Assembly (NCBI GenBank): GCA_009602735.1
Contig: WELA01003469.1
Coordinates: 376,162 to 440,161 of the forward strand
Length of the DNA stretch: 64,000 bases
Direction of reading: 5' to 3'
From: Mesotaenium endlicherianum
Taxonomy: Eukaryota
The notes under the pieces are model-generated. The model searched no databases, had not been told where the DNA came from, and was given only the letters and a program-made list of their open reading frames with translations. This document shows, piece after piece, positions 12,501 through 25,700 of the stretch. Positions within the stretch are counted from its first letter, which is position 1; each line of letters opens with the position of its first letter. The position numbers were made by a program, and so were the translations under genes.

Positions 12501-15500
12501 GCCATAGGTTAAGGTTCTGGAGGTACTTTGCTAGAGAGGACACTTAGAGTTAAAGCATAAATGGAAAGCACAAAGAAGTGGAGGGAGTCTAGTCTTGTCT
12601 AGTCTAGATTAACCTTCTTATCTTATACACGACTTTTCTTGATCAAGTGAGTTCTTTTCCACTCCTCTCTCATGTAGCCCTCTAACTCTTGCAAGGGTGG
12701 CATACCACCAAGCCACTCCACCTTGTGTATGCAACTAGGAGAGGTCCTCGTGCACGCTTTCACTCGCGGGTGAGGGTGCGTGAGTGTGTGTAGGTGCACT
12801 CCTCGCACCCTTCCCCCTTTCACATGGTATCAAAGCTACCTAGTTGCTTCATTTGGAGGAGGAGTTTTGGTTGGTGATGCTTGTAGGAGTGTAGAGAGGG
12901 TAGAGAGGAGAGACAAGGATAATTTATACGTTGCGAAGGGCAGCCATGAAGACGTTGATGCAAGCTAGAATCTCACTCTCTTGAAGGAGGGAGGAGATGG
13001 GAAGAGGGAGGTGCTCCAAGAAGCGTTGACTTGGATGCAACCAGATTTTTGTACGTTTTTTTTATAGTGTGAGAAGGTTGCCCAAGCACGGTAGTGATAT
13101 AAGAAATATAGAGCAGCCTTTGCTTGAGTATGGAGACATATGAGCATGAAAAGAGTCTGGAGTTCACACGGCTGGATTTTTCCTTGAAGATGCAAGCTCT
13201 TTAGTATTAGGCTCTTTGTCTGAGGAGGGGATATGCACAGAAGCGTTGGTGGCTAGAAAGGAGAATGTGCCCATCGTTAGCACTCGCAAGCTCAAGAGGA
13301 GCTCATGAGAAGCTCAAGAGAGGGTGCACCGGGGTGTTGCACCAAGTTGGCCAAGTATGTGGGTTGCCAAGTATATTGGGTTGCCTTGCATCACTCCTAT
13401 ATAGCCACTGGATATTATTGGCCAGCCATGATGGAGTTTGGTACTTTGTATGGAGATTGAAGAAGCCTCAAGTGAAGAGAAGTGCCGTGGAGAAGGCTTG
13501 GAGCAAGAAGAAGTAATCCAGATTCTTCTTCAAGCAAGATAGCTGGAGATGGAGCCTTTCAAGTTCAAATTTTATAGAGGAGACAACTATGGAGTGCTTA
13601 AGGTTGAGAGCTATGATGAAGACAAGCCTATGGTGTGGAAGAAGAAACAAGGTATGAAGTTGGTGCAAGAGAGCTAGGGCAAAAGATGTCTCCCACTAGA
13701 AGTGCGTGTGCCAATAGTTGTGAGTTGGCATAGATAAGGGGCAGATTTTGGTGCATCTATGGAAGCTCTTCATGTGAAAGTAGAGCACCAAGGCAATCTG
13801 GGTTTAGTAGTAAGAAGTGTCATTGGGGTGACCAAGGCTAGAGTGCACTCAAGAAGCTAAGCATGTGGAAGGAGTTGCACAAAGAGAGTAGCCTATCCTC
13901 CAGTGCTTTAGTGCACGGGTCAAGGGAAGACCAAGGAGGAGTATGGTCAAGTGAAGATTGTGAAATAGGTGGAGGTAGATAAGACCACAAGTAGCTATCT
14001 TCAGCCCGCTAGCAAAGAAGCGATGCGGGAAGGTGAAGGTGAAGGGGAAGTGCTTGTTTTGGTGACCTTGGCTCGGTCATCGCATGGAGCAAGCGTGCCT
14101 CCTAACAACCTTGGCGAGCGCGCATCGTCAGTGGAGCAAGTAGAGGTGTATGATCCCCTTGCTCATATATAGAGCAGACCCCAACTGCTCAAGTGGAGGA
14201 GCTCCTAGAAAGTGAGCTCAAGAGAAGCCCGCTTGCAAGACGAAGTGTGTGCGAGCACAAGATGAGGTGCAAGCACTAAGAGTAGGTGCGTTTGCCCAAG
14301 TTATGGAGCTCTTGGAGGCGTTCCAGATGTGTTTCTTGGAGCCTTGTGTGAAGGCTTACTTTCAAGAAGAGCCTGGATTATGTGGGAGTGAGCATCTAGC
14401 CAAGAAGAAGACTATGATGGAGTTTGGTGCACCACGAGCGAGACTACGCGCTCTCATGCCTTGTGAAGACTATCATCGCTTGTTGGAGACTATGAGTTTA
14501 TGGATATGGACCTATGAGGAGACCACCAAGTCATATGGGGCTGATATGTCCTGCCTAAGATGGAGATATATGACAAAGACCTGGACATGAAGCTAGGAGA
14601 ATCAGCTCCTATACAAGCAAGCACGAGAAAGGCGTAAAATCAAGACTTGGACACTCGAGTGGTAAGCGCCTTACCTTCATGATAAGGGGGGGGAGTCTTA
14701 TAAATGTTTATAGTACTTGTAAGCAAGGTCAAGCCAATTCTAAGAGTTTAGTTATAAGTAAGAGGTGTGAAGTGGAAAGAAGTTTGTGAGCAAGAGCTGG
14801 GGAGACACTCAAATTTGTCCATATTTGTTGATCTTACGGGTAGGCGAGCGCAAGGGTGAAAGTGAGCAGATTTTGGCTACTTTTTGCCTACCTAGTAGAG
14901 AGTGGGTAATATTCTTACTAAGAGTCCTACATGATGTGAGAGGCCTAGTATGAGGCCTGCCCTGAATCATAGTCAAGTTTTAGAATTAGGGATTTAAGCA
15001 TGTGCCATTTGTAGGCGCGGGAGCTTGATACGTGTTGCGCGCGTGTGCGTCCTACAAGCGTGAGGCACAAAGTGACTATCTCGTTTAAGAGCTAGAATTT
15101 GATTCAGATCCTGAAATTTTGTGGAGAGGTATTCCTATAGGTTCAGATTCAGAAAAAGTAATGTTTTTCATAAAAATGTTAATTTAAGTCCTGACAGTGC
15201 CACATGGCGGTCTACTGGACTACCGTGGGAGCCACATGTGTGAGGCAAGGTGCAACCTGATTTCATGGTCTTAGGATTGGAATCAAGAGAAACAAAGCAT
15301 ACCAGTGAGTTCCGAGGGGAGAAATTATGTAGATTGCACAACTTTCATGCTGAAAATGTTTGAAAAAGTCAGGGGGGTGCCACTTGGCGTCTTGAGAAGT
15401 CACCATGAGTCGGCACACGAGGGAGAGAGTGCGCTACCTCTAGATAGAGTTTGGCTTAAAGCTAAGGGTAGCCAAGGGTACCAGAAGGTTCAGGAATATA

Positions 15501-18500
15501 GTGGAGTCGGGTTCTTGATGCAATCTGGTCAAAATTATAAGAGGGCCACGAGGAAGCCACATGGTGCGACGAGGAGATGCCACTTGTCCAAGAGGGCGAA
15601 GAATGTGTATTTTGGCGAATTGGCGGACTATTGTGCCTTGGATCCAGCTTTGGAGTTTGTGGAGATGATGAAGGGAGTATGTTACAGCCTTTACAAAGAT
15701 ATTGGCGTATTCCAAGACGACGGAATTGAAGAGAAGATGCACTTTTGTTAGAAGACGCCATGTTTGGAGCCAATGTACGCGATGGAGCTTTTACTAAGCG
15801 GAGCAAGTTTGGAGTAATGAGTATGATCTTGGAGCCTGTTCAAGACCTTCAACTTGTATAATATATGCGTAAATGTGTTTTTCTCCCGTATATGTGAGCT
15901 CGATACTTTATATGACGTCACTTATGCTTAGTATGCGCCGAGGACGTCGTATCTTGAGGAGGGGGATGATGTAAGGTTATGAAAGTGTAGTTTGTCATTT
16001 TCTAGCATTTTACATGCATAGAGTGTGTTTTTAGAACAACTATGGCCTTTATTTCAAGGTTTTTGGACAAGTATTGAGAAAATTATGAGTTATGGGAGTT
16101 TTTAGTGAGTTTTTATTGTCACAGATTCAATTTAGTGACAAGGACAAGACCAGTGACGAAAAAGTAGGACATTGAATCATGAGAATTCCAAAAAAAACGT
16201 ACGATTACGTAGAGTGCCACAATCTCGTGGAATTTCTAAAAACTCCGTGAGGAGTTTGTAAATTGTGTAGTAGAATATTCTAGAGTGTGATTGTGTGTGC
16301 GTGTGAGTGTGCTAGCTTGTCCAACTGGGCAAGGTCACCTACATAGAAGGAGCCATAGGAGAAGGTTCTGGAGGTACTTTGCTGGAGAGGACACTTAGAG
16401 TTAAAGCATAAATGGGAAGCACAAAGAAGTGGAGGGAGTCTAGTCTTGTCTAGTCTAGATTAACCTTCTTATCTTATATACGACTTTTCTTGATTAAGTG
16501 AGTTATTTTCCATTCCTCTCTCATGTAGCCCTCTAACTCTTGCAAGGGTGGCATACCACCAGGCCACTCCACCATGTGCATGCAACTAGGAAAGGTCCTC
16601 GTGCACGCTTCCACTTGTGGGTGAGGGTGCGTGAGTGTGTGTGGGCGCACTCCCCGCACCCTTCCCCCTTTCAGTGGTCAAGAGTTCGCATAGTAATACC
16701 GTGCTTGGTGGCAAAATCTACAGCGATGAAGTTGCCTTGAGCTCCGCTATCCACCAAGATGTGGACCTTCTCTCCTCCAAAATAACCTCTCAAACTCATT
16801 GGAGTTGGAACGTCGTCTTCAACGGGGGTCTCCACCTCACTTGGCTTGTTGTCTTCTCGTAAAGTGGGTCTTGGGGTGGTAGGCTCCTAGCCTACCGGCG
16901 CTGTCCGTTTTTTGACAACTTCTTGGGGCATGAGAGTGCACAATGGCCTTTTTCCTTACAATAAAAGCATAGTCCAGCCGTCATGAGAGCTTCTTTTTTC
17001 AGCCGAGGAGAATCTTGCTTTCACTCCTTATTGGAACCTTGCATTATAAGTGTCATTGGAGGGTCTTCCACTCTTTCGGCAGCCGCGGGGTCCCTTTTAA
17101 TAACTCCGATTCCCATGGGTGTGGGTCCAGATTTAGATGTGGAAGGGGCTGCGTACACCCCCGTCGCCGATGCCCGTGAAGATGGAGGCAATAAATGCTT
17201 GAAACCCAAGGTATCCACTTTTTACGCGACTTCAAAAATCTATGAGAAGTCCTTTAGGTCGCGTAATTCCGTTTCCTTTGCCACCTTGGGCTTGAGGCCA
17301 AAGATGTAGCAATCAATCTTCTCCTCGAGAGACATGTTGGGGATCTTAAGAGTGAGAGGGTGAAATCTGGATGTATACTCTTGAACGAACGTCGTTTGCT
17401 TGAGATGGTGGAGCTTTCCTCGGACAATCTTCTCCAAATTGATGGGCATGAATTGCTTCTTGAGGGCCTCACGAAAATCAGCCCATCTTGCATATGATGG
17501 TGGGGGCTCTTGACCGAGCATGGGTTTCGCCATAGCTTGATATATAGTCGCTTGATAGTCACGCCACCATGATGTCGGCAAAGGGAACGTAGTCCTCATC
17601 GGGTACTTCAAAGAATGCGAGATACGTCTCCACTTGGTAGAGTCATATATTCAGGTTGGCTCCTTTCCCGGGGTTGAAAGTGTCGGGTTTGCCGGGCTTG
17701 ATGAGTTTTCTTGCTCTCGTAGGCTCTTGTGGAGGCGTTTGAGCCGGGGCTGGATTTTGAGCGTTGCTTGCAATAGAGGCAACCATGGCAGCCATAGCTT
17801 CACTTGACGCTTGCACGGTTGCTTCATGGGTGGCCAAGCGCACTTGGTTGTGGACGGTCATTAGGAAGGCTGGCTTCTCATTTGCGAGACTCCTTGTGGT
17901 GGGGTCAACTGTGCTATAGCGACTGCCACGGGATTTGACGGTGCTTCTCCTTGTGGTGCTTCTTGTTGTTGCAAATTTTCTTGAGTGTGCTCTTCGATGG
18001 TGCTGGAGGAGGGTCTCCTGGAGAGGAAGGACTTCCTTCGAAAGGTTGCCGTTGGTTTTGAGGATCGGCCATCTTCTTGTGCTACCAAAGTGCCTAGCTT
18101 CAATACTACTGTAGTAAAACAGATAGATAAATTACTTAGTAAAATGCAATACGTTATATATTCAAGACAAGAATTTTTGAACACAAGTGGTAGCTTCTTG
18201 AAAGAGAGATGGCTTCTTGAAAGTTAATATATTTCGGGAATTAGGCAAATACAAGAGTGCTTTTAGAATGCCTTTCTATTGTTTCTAGCTCTTGTTTATA
18301 TGCTTGCTACATAAGTAAATTCTAAGAAGGTGCATGTTGATGTGTTGGCACCCAACACATCCCAAAACTTTCCACCTCTTTCTAGAATAATGTACATATG
18401 TTCTCTCGACCAAAAAATGGCACATCTAACTTTTGCCACATGGAGCTCTTCTAGGTACTTCCTCTAATTTTGAAAATGCCTTAGAAGGTTCAAAGGACAT

Positions 18501-18600
18501 GAACCAAGTCACTAGAGTATCTATTCAAACTTGAATCCACACAATGCTACTTCAAATATACTCAAAAGCATTAATATAAAGAAAACTAATAACCTCTACA
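9558..18600 (-). mobile_element. Degenerate family B Ty3/gypsy element (B2): 5' LTR about 18110-18600, frameshifted gag 18072-16892, PR-RT-RH-partial IN; interrupted by element F
   Basis: The RT ORF at 10337-11800 ([32 protein letters not shown]) and the flanking fragments are near-identical to B1 pol and gag. There are several frameshifts and stops, and the PBS is decayed. Confidence 0.92.
12100..16673 (+). mobile_element. Non-autonomous LTR element F, derived from family A, inserted in the B2 protease region
   Basis: LTRs at 12100-12822 and 15970-16673 (TGTAAGG...CCCTTTCA). TSD GTGGT at 12095-12099 and 16674-16678. PBS TGGTATCAAAGC at 12825-12836, PPT TGAGGAGGGGGATGA at 15955-15969. I see no RT or integrase. 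Confidence 0.92.
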
Positions 18601-20912
18601 TTCCCCAAGTTAACTGTGATTATCACTGGCTTGCGTGTGACTACGCAAGACTTGGTGATTTGCCCTGATGCAGTCCTCATCTGAGAAGGACTCTTTTTCA
18701 GGTCCCTTGTAGTGAATCCCACGGCCTTCATGGCTAGCTTTCCTAGAATAACTGGTTGTGCACCTGTATCCACTAGAATGTTGGGGGCAGACCAGTTGTT
18801 GAACTTTAGTGCAACTTCTTTATTTTGCACTCTCACAGTGCTGAAGTTGGTGGACAATGAGGTGTTCTTTGCACCTTCCTCAGCTATATTCAGCTGCCGT
18901 TTGACCCCTTTGACCGTGAAAGGGAATGCGATTTGCAAATCAGCCAAAGAAATCGTAGGAGTATGCTGAATTTGGTGTTCCACTTGAACTTTCAGCTTAT
19001 CAAACGAGAAACTGAAGGCTTTGCGCGACCCAATCTTTGCATGGCGTAGCTGTGCGTTGTCCTCATCCAGGGTGATCCAAAAGGTCAGAGGAAGCTTTCC
19101 AGCGTTCCTTGGTACTAGACGGTCATGATCCGCACGCTCACTGGCCATTACAATTGCTACCTTCTCAGGTATCGACTTCTCGCCTTTGCAGACGGCTTTC
19201 TCGGCCATGTCTGCATCATAATAGACATTAGGCGCGTTTAGCCTTGCAAATTGAACTTTCAGCTCAGCATTTTTTGCACTTATGGCATAAAACTTCTGTT
19301 TGCCCTTTTGGTCGCCAGAGTTGTCGTTTCTTTTTTTGTTCTCTTTTTCTGCCTCTTTTGTGGCAGTATTAGTCCAAGGTGGCTTTAGGTTCGGGTTCTT
19401 AGAACAACACTCATCTTCTGAGTGTCCCTTTTTGCTGCAATGGGCGCATACTTGCGCCTCGCTAGCAGATAATTGCTTAGCATCTGGGTACGGACAATCT
19501 CTCTTCTGATGTCTTGACTTCCCGCAATTCTAACACCCTCCGCTGTCTCAGCGGTAATGGCGTGCTTAGCAAATCTATTAAACGTTCTGCTCTTCTTCTT
19601 AAACTGAAAATTAGAGCTGTTTGGTCTCAGGTTGAGAGGATTCCTTCTTTTTCTCAGGAGCCATAAGCGTCCTGGAAGCCTCCTTGTACCAGACTTGACC
19701 TTATTCAACATTGCGTGCTATTTCAGCAGCCTCGTCAATGTTCCAGTCAATTCAGGATCTTGCAAAAAGATGTGGCCTGACTTCACAACCTACTTTCTTG
19801 CCCAAGCACAACAGAAATTTGTCAGCCACAATCCTGGGTTCATAGATTCCTGCCTTCTTGGCAAGAGTTTACCAGTCTGGACTTAACTTCCATAACTGTC
19901 TCGTTCTTTTGACAGACAAAATGCACATAACGGTGCACCTTCAGACTGCAGTCTTCCGGAAACTTCTGCTCAAGTAATTTAAAGATACGACGCAGACAGT
20001 GCTCACGATCCAGCTGGTCATCTCCAGCTTCCATATCAGTTTGACAACTAGCCAGAGCTTTCGCTTGGCTAGCCTCGATAGCAGCACCATTACTTTGCTG
20101 CCCATTACATGGTGCACATCTGCGTGTTACTCGTTCCTGGGCATTTGCAATCTTTTTAAACAGATTTGCACATACTCTTCGCAATTCTGCGACGGACCCA
20201 GCGTCATCATCCCGTCGAGCCGCACTCTGCTGGGCTTTTGTGACATGTCGCATGGCCTCTGTGAGTTCTTCTGTTGGTGCAACTACATCTACGCTCTCGA
20301 CAGGTGTGGCAGGGACTGCTCTTCCTGACGACAAAGCGGACAACCGGGCTTTTGTAGTCTTTTTCTGGATTTTCAAATCCCTTGCCTTTTTTTGTTCTCC
20401 AAATGCCCATTGCTGAGTAAGGCTCTCATCCTTCCGAAATTGGCGATAGAGTAGGAAGGCATCCTTGTCTAAGTACTGAACCAGTCTTGTGAATGCAACA
20501 GACTGTGTGTATGAAGCATCCTTTTGGATCTTTTCAAAGGATTCCGCCCAATAGATCTTATCAAACTCTTCGAAAGTGAGACTATTTCCGTCGGTTCGTC
20601 CACTGAAACACTTTGTGGACAGCTTGAACTTAGGATTTTCATCCCTATCTTCACTAGTCATCTCAAAAGGTGACCAGCACTCACTAACTTCTTCCTGTGT
20701 GCTTCGTTTCTTGCCCAAACCAGGTGTAAAGACACGTGCGTAAACAAAGTCTCACCGTCTGCAACGGTGTGTTGCAACTCGTCTTCCGACGGAAGCTCCT
20801 CCCAAAGGTTATCAGCTTGCTCAGATGTCTCACTCCTTTGTGGACTCTGGCTGGAGTTAGAGCCTTCCACAGGCTCCACAAGATGATATATCCTTCCACT
20901 CCTCAATCGCAT
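18601..20912 (-). pseudogene. Relic gag-protease of a different retroelement (E), cut off by the B2 LTR
   Basis: N-terminus MRLRSGRIY. Two CCHC knuckles at about 19400-19535 (C*NCGKSRHQKRDC, CAHCSKKGHSEDEC). Aspartic protease motif ILVDTGAQPVILG. Several frameshifts. Confidence 0.75.
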
Positions 20913-21537
20913 ATACAGTTGAATTTCTCCGGGTCCCCTTCCAGAATGAACACCGGCAGTCCTCACAGGCTTCAATCCCCAATTCGCTTGGAAATTCTTA
21001 TTCACCTGAACCAATCAACTGAAGTTCTCAAAAGTAGGACAGAAGTGCCTTACTTCCAAATAAACTTTCGCCCAAGTTGATGGCTTAACCAAGTGAATAA
21101 ATTGTAGTTTGCATAAATCGCGTCTAAGCAGATTAGCACCAGCAATATCATTGTTTCAGAAAAAGTCGTCTTTCAGGCTTTGCTTAACTTCACACAGTCA
21201 CAGTTTACAAAACTCTGAATTTATGATTCTACTGCCGGCTTGAGTTGAGCTCTTCGCTCAACGCCTTGCCTTAGCAATTTCCACTGCTGGCTAAGCTCAC
21301 TTGGTTCTTCACTGAGAGCTTCAAGCGCTAATACTGCTCTTGCTAATAGCAATTCGCCAATTGAGACTTCTGAGAACCTAGAAACTAACACAGCATTCAC
21401 CATTTTATGCGCTCTCGCATGCTTGTGGTGTTTAATCTGACTTCTTTGCTAGGCCTCCTAGCAGATTCTATTCCGCAAGCTCTCGCTTTTGGCTATCAGC
21501 GATTCCCCTTAGCAACTCTTTACTCCTAACTTTTCTA

Positions 21538-21956
21538 TGATACACAAAGAGGAAAATCTTCAAGCGTCGGTTGGAGCGTGCCTTTGTGGCTCTCTTGTGG
21601 CCTTGGGAACTCTTTCTTTGCGCCCTTCTCTTCTCCCTTTCTCTCTCTCTTGCTCTCCTCCTGCTTCACTGGGAAATGTGTGTGGCAAGAATGAGGCGTG
21701 TGCGTGCAGCATTTGTGCCTTATCCAGGCACCACGCATGCTGGATTCTCTCCCTTAGGAATTTCCACGCTGTTTAGTGTGCAACTATGGCACACTACGGT
21801 AAGTGAGTCAATGAGTATAGATGAGTAAACAAAATTTATTCCAAGGGCAAAGATTGCTCCTTGATTTTACACGTTTCCACCTATCTTTGATCTTATATAT
21901 TTAGATGAAGAATATTAATCTTGAATAAGCAAGATTCATTTCAGTGGTATTGGAGC
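21538..21956 (+). mobile_element. LTR 3' end plus PBS of an old element (D), into whose leader A1 inserted
   Basis: ...gattcatttca (ends 21943) + g + TGGTATTGGAGC is the same terminus/PBS layout as family C. The 5' boundary is uncertain. Confidence 0.55.
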
Positions 21957-22711
21957 TAAGTCCTTTCTTGAATGTCCGTGTGAAAGGGGCAGAGTGCCCT
22001 AGTGGAAGGGTAGTGACTCACGAGGAACAAAGCTAGTTGCAATCATACTCAAGAGTGCAGCGGCATATTGCTAAGAAAGCTTAGGAAAATTACTTGACAT
22101 TTTGAGTGGCAAGAAACTGCTCACAAATGATGTAGGATGAAAGGCCTCGTCATTACAAACCCGTAGAAATTTACAGAAGTGAAAACTGATAAGAAACAAA
22201 GAAGTTATGCCTATTTATAATTTTCTGCCTAAGTGCTCCTCCCTAGGAGGAAGCTACGGATTTTCCTAAGTGTTCGTCAAATCGTCCCTTCCAGAATATT
22301 CGTGAGTAAGCCAGATCAGTCTAATCTGACGTGTCGGGCCGAATTGACGTCCACATACATGCATCGACATTACTAGAATATTCTATCTTAGACGCGCTAG
22401 GCTAAACCGAAACTTCTAGGTAAATCGACCTAGTCGGCACTCCGCGTCAGCCGAACTTACGTGAAGGTTCGAGTTCATTCTAACGGGCCAGATCGCTCGA
22501 CGCTGTCGGTCAATCCGACGGTCGCGCTCACCGCGAATTAAGGACAGTCGTCAACCGACCTCAAAACTAATTAAACTTCGGAAATCCATAACTCTCTCAA
22601 TACTTGACCAAATTCGATGAACTTTATATCAAAATGACCACAAAAATGCACTCTACACTACTATACAATCAAAACATACTTTCATGAAACTCAAAAATGC
22701 ACTTTATAAAC

Positions 22712-25700
22712 CTATGACCTTACATCATCCCCCTCCTCAAGATGCGACGTCCTCGACGCATTCTGCAGATAACGTCTCAACTTACTCTTACAATGAGTCA
22801 AGTTGGCCTCTGGCTCCCAAGTGTTGTCGTCCGCATGGTAGCCTTTCCACTTGACCAGATACTCTTGGACAAATCGTTGACCTCGCTTGACTCGTCGATC
22901 GCCGACAATCGCCTCCACTTCATACTCCAATACATCATCGATCTCGACCGGTGGTGGCGGTGTAGGTAGTCGTCCTGGATGTCCTTCATTCGGGTCAACG
23001 TATGGCCGCAGACAACTGACATGGAACACATCATGGATACGCCAGCCTGAAGGAAGTTCCAACTTGTAGGCCACTGGATTCACCTGCTTGAGCACTACAA
23101 AGGGACCTGTAAACCGTGCCCGCAGTTTCCTCTTGCCTGTGAAAGGTAGGTTCTCTGTGGACAAGAGTACTTTGTCGCCCACTTGGAATGTCACTTCCCT
23201 CCTGTGCTTGTTAGCATGCTTGACCTGCTCTTGCTGTGCCTTCCGAATACACGTCTTCGCCATATCCCAAGTCTTGGCCATCTGCTCCATAAAAGCTTGT
23301 GTAGTAGGAACCTGAGTCTCCTTGGCCTTCTCCAACAAGATGTTCCCTGGATGATATACTTCTCTCCCATAAACCATAGCGAATGGTGACTGCTTGGTCG
23401 ATCCCTGCATGCTGTTGTTGTAGGCAAACTCCAACCCTGGTAGCTTCTTGTCCCACTCTGAAGGGTCTTCCATAGTGAAACTCCTGAGCACCTCTTGCAG
23501 AGTTCTGTTGAGCCTCTCACTCTGCCCGTCTGTCTGAGGGTGATAGGAAGTGCTCATACTCAGCTTGGTCCCCATCAAAGTAAACAATGACCGCCAAAAG
23601 TTGCTAGTAAACCTTGGATCCCGATCTGAAACAATCACCTTCGGCAACCCATGTAGCCTGAAAATATGATCAAAGAATAGCCGTGCCACATCTGCTGCCG
23701 TAGAAGTCTCCTTCATGGGAATGAAGTGAGCCATCTTGCTGAGTCTGTCAGACACTACCCATACTGCATCGTGCCCTTGACCACTGACTGGTAACGATGT
23801 GATGAAGTCCATAGCAATCTGCTCCCAAGGATACTCTGGAATAGGCAGGGGCCGCAATGTACCTCCCTTCTTTTGATTTGGTGTCTTGTTTCTCTGGCAC
23901 GCATCGCAACTCCTGATCCACTCCTCGATGTCCTTGTCCATATTTCTCCAGTAGTATTCCCGCTTCAGCACGCTTGCCGTCTTCTCGCTTCCAAAGTGTC
24001 CAGCATATAAGCAGTCATGATGCTCCGCAAGTAGTAAGTCTCGTAGCTCCTTGATGTCAGGTACCACCACTCTCTTGGAATCACCATAATACCATATGCC
24101 GTCCTTCTTCTGCATACTCGCGTTGAACTCCGCTGCTCCACCATCAGCAAACTCTGGGTCCTCCTCATAACCTCTCTGAAGCTTCTCCTTGAAGTCCATA
24201 TTCTCCTTGATGACTGAGACAGCTGCAAGGTCACACCTCCTGGATAAAGCGTCTGCAGGGTTGATCTTCCCAGGTAAGTACTCAATCTTGTGGTCGAACT
24301 GTTGCAGAAACTCCATCCACCTTGCCTGTCTTGGTGTCAACGTTGGCTGCGTCATAAACTTCTCCAAGCTCTTGTGGTCGGTCTTGATGAACACCTTCCG
24401 GCCGTCCACATAACATCGCCAAATCCTCAAAGCCTGGATAATAGCCAACATCTCTCGCTCGTGTGCTGCATAGTTCTGCTCAGCAGGACTCAACTTCCTG
24501 CTCTCATATGCCACAGGCTGCAATCCTTTGCCCTGGTCCTGGAGAAGAATGGCTCCCACTGCAAAGTTTGATGCGTCCGTGATGATGGTGAAAGGAAGCT
24601 CTGGACTGGCAATTGCCAACACAGGTGCCTGTGTCAACAGCTCCTTAATCTTCTCAAAGGCTTGCTGCTCCTTGTCACCCCATAGCCACTTCTCCTGCTT
24701 CTTCAACATGTCCGTGAGCGGTGCACACACCTTGGCAAATCCTTCAATGAAACGTCGATAATAATTCGCCATGCCGAGGAAACTCCTGAGTTGATGAATA
24801 TCAGCAGGTACCGGCCAATCTCTGACTGCTTGCACCTTCTTCTGCTCCACCTTGACTCCTTCAGCTCCCACTATGTGTCCAAGAAACTCGACCTCCTTGA
24901 GACAGAAGTCGCACTTGCTCATCTTCCCATACAGCTTTTGATCTCTCAAGACCTCCAACACCTTCCTCAGATGCCCCACATGCTCCTCCAAGGTCTTCGA
25001 ATAGATCAGGATGTCGTCCAAAAATACCACCACAAACTGGTCCAAGTAGGGTCTGAAGATACTATTCATGAGTCCCATGAATGTAGCAGGTGCATTGGTC
25101 AATCCAAAAGGCATGACTGTGAACTCAAACAAACCATAGCGAGTCCTGAAAGCAGCCTTCTGAACGTCTCCTTTCGCAATCCGTACCTGGTGATAGCCAC
25201 TCCTCAAATCGATCTTCGAGAAGTACTTCGCCCCGACAAGCCTGTCAATCAACTCGTCCACTCGTGGAAGTGGGTACCTGTTCTTGATGGTGACCTTGTT
25301 GAGTGCCCGGTAGTCGACACACATCCTCATAGTCCCATCCTTCTTCTTCACAAATAAGACTGGCGCTGCAAATGGAGACTCGCTGGGTCGGATGAATCCC
25401 TTCTCCAATAACTCCGTCAGTTGCTTCTTTAACTCATCCAACTCCGCAAACGATTGTCGATAGGCGGGTCTCACTGGTGGCTTGCTCCCTGGTTCCAACT
25501 CAATCTTGTGCTCCATAGCTCTCTGTGGAGGTAATCCTGTAGGTAGTTCCTCAGGAAACACGCACTTGAACTCCTCCAACAGCGCCTTAATTTGGGCAGG
25601 CATCTCAGCAGGCTTCTTCTCTTGAGCAGTTGGGCTCTGCTCCTTCTGAGCAAGGGGATCAGACACCACTACTTGCTCCTCCGGCGATGTACATTCGCCC

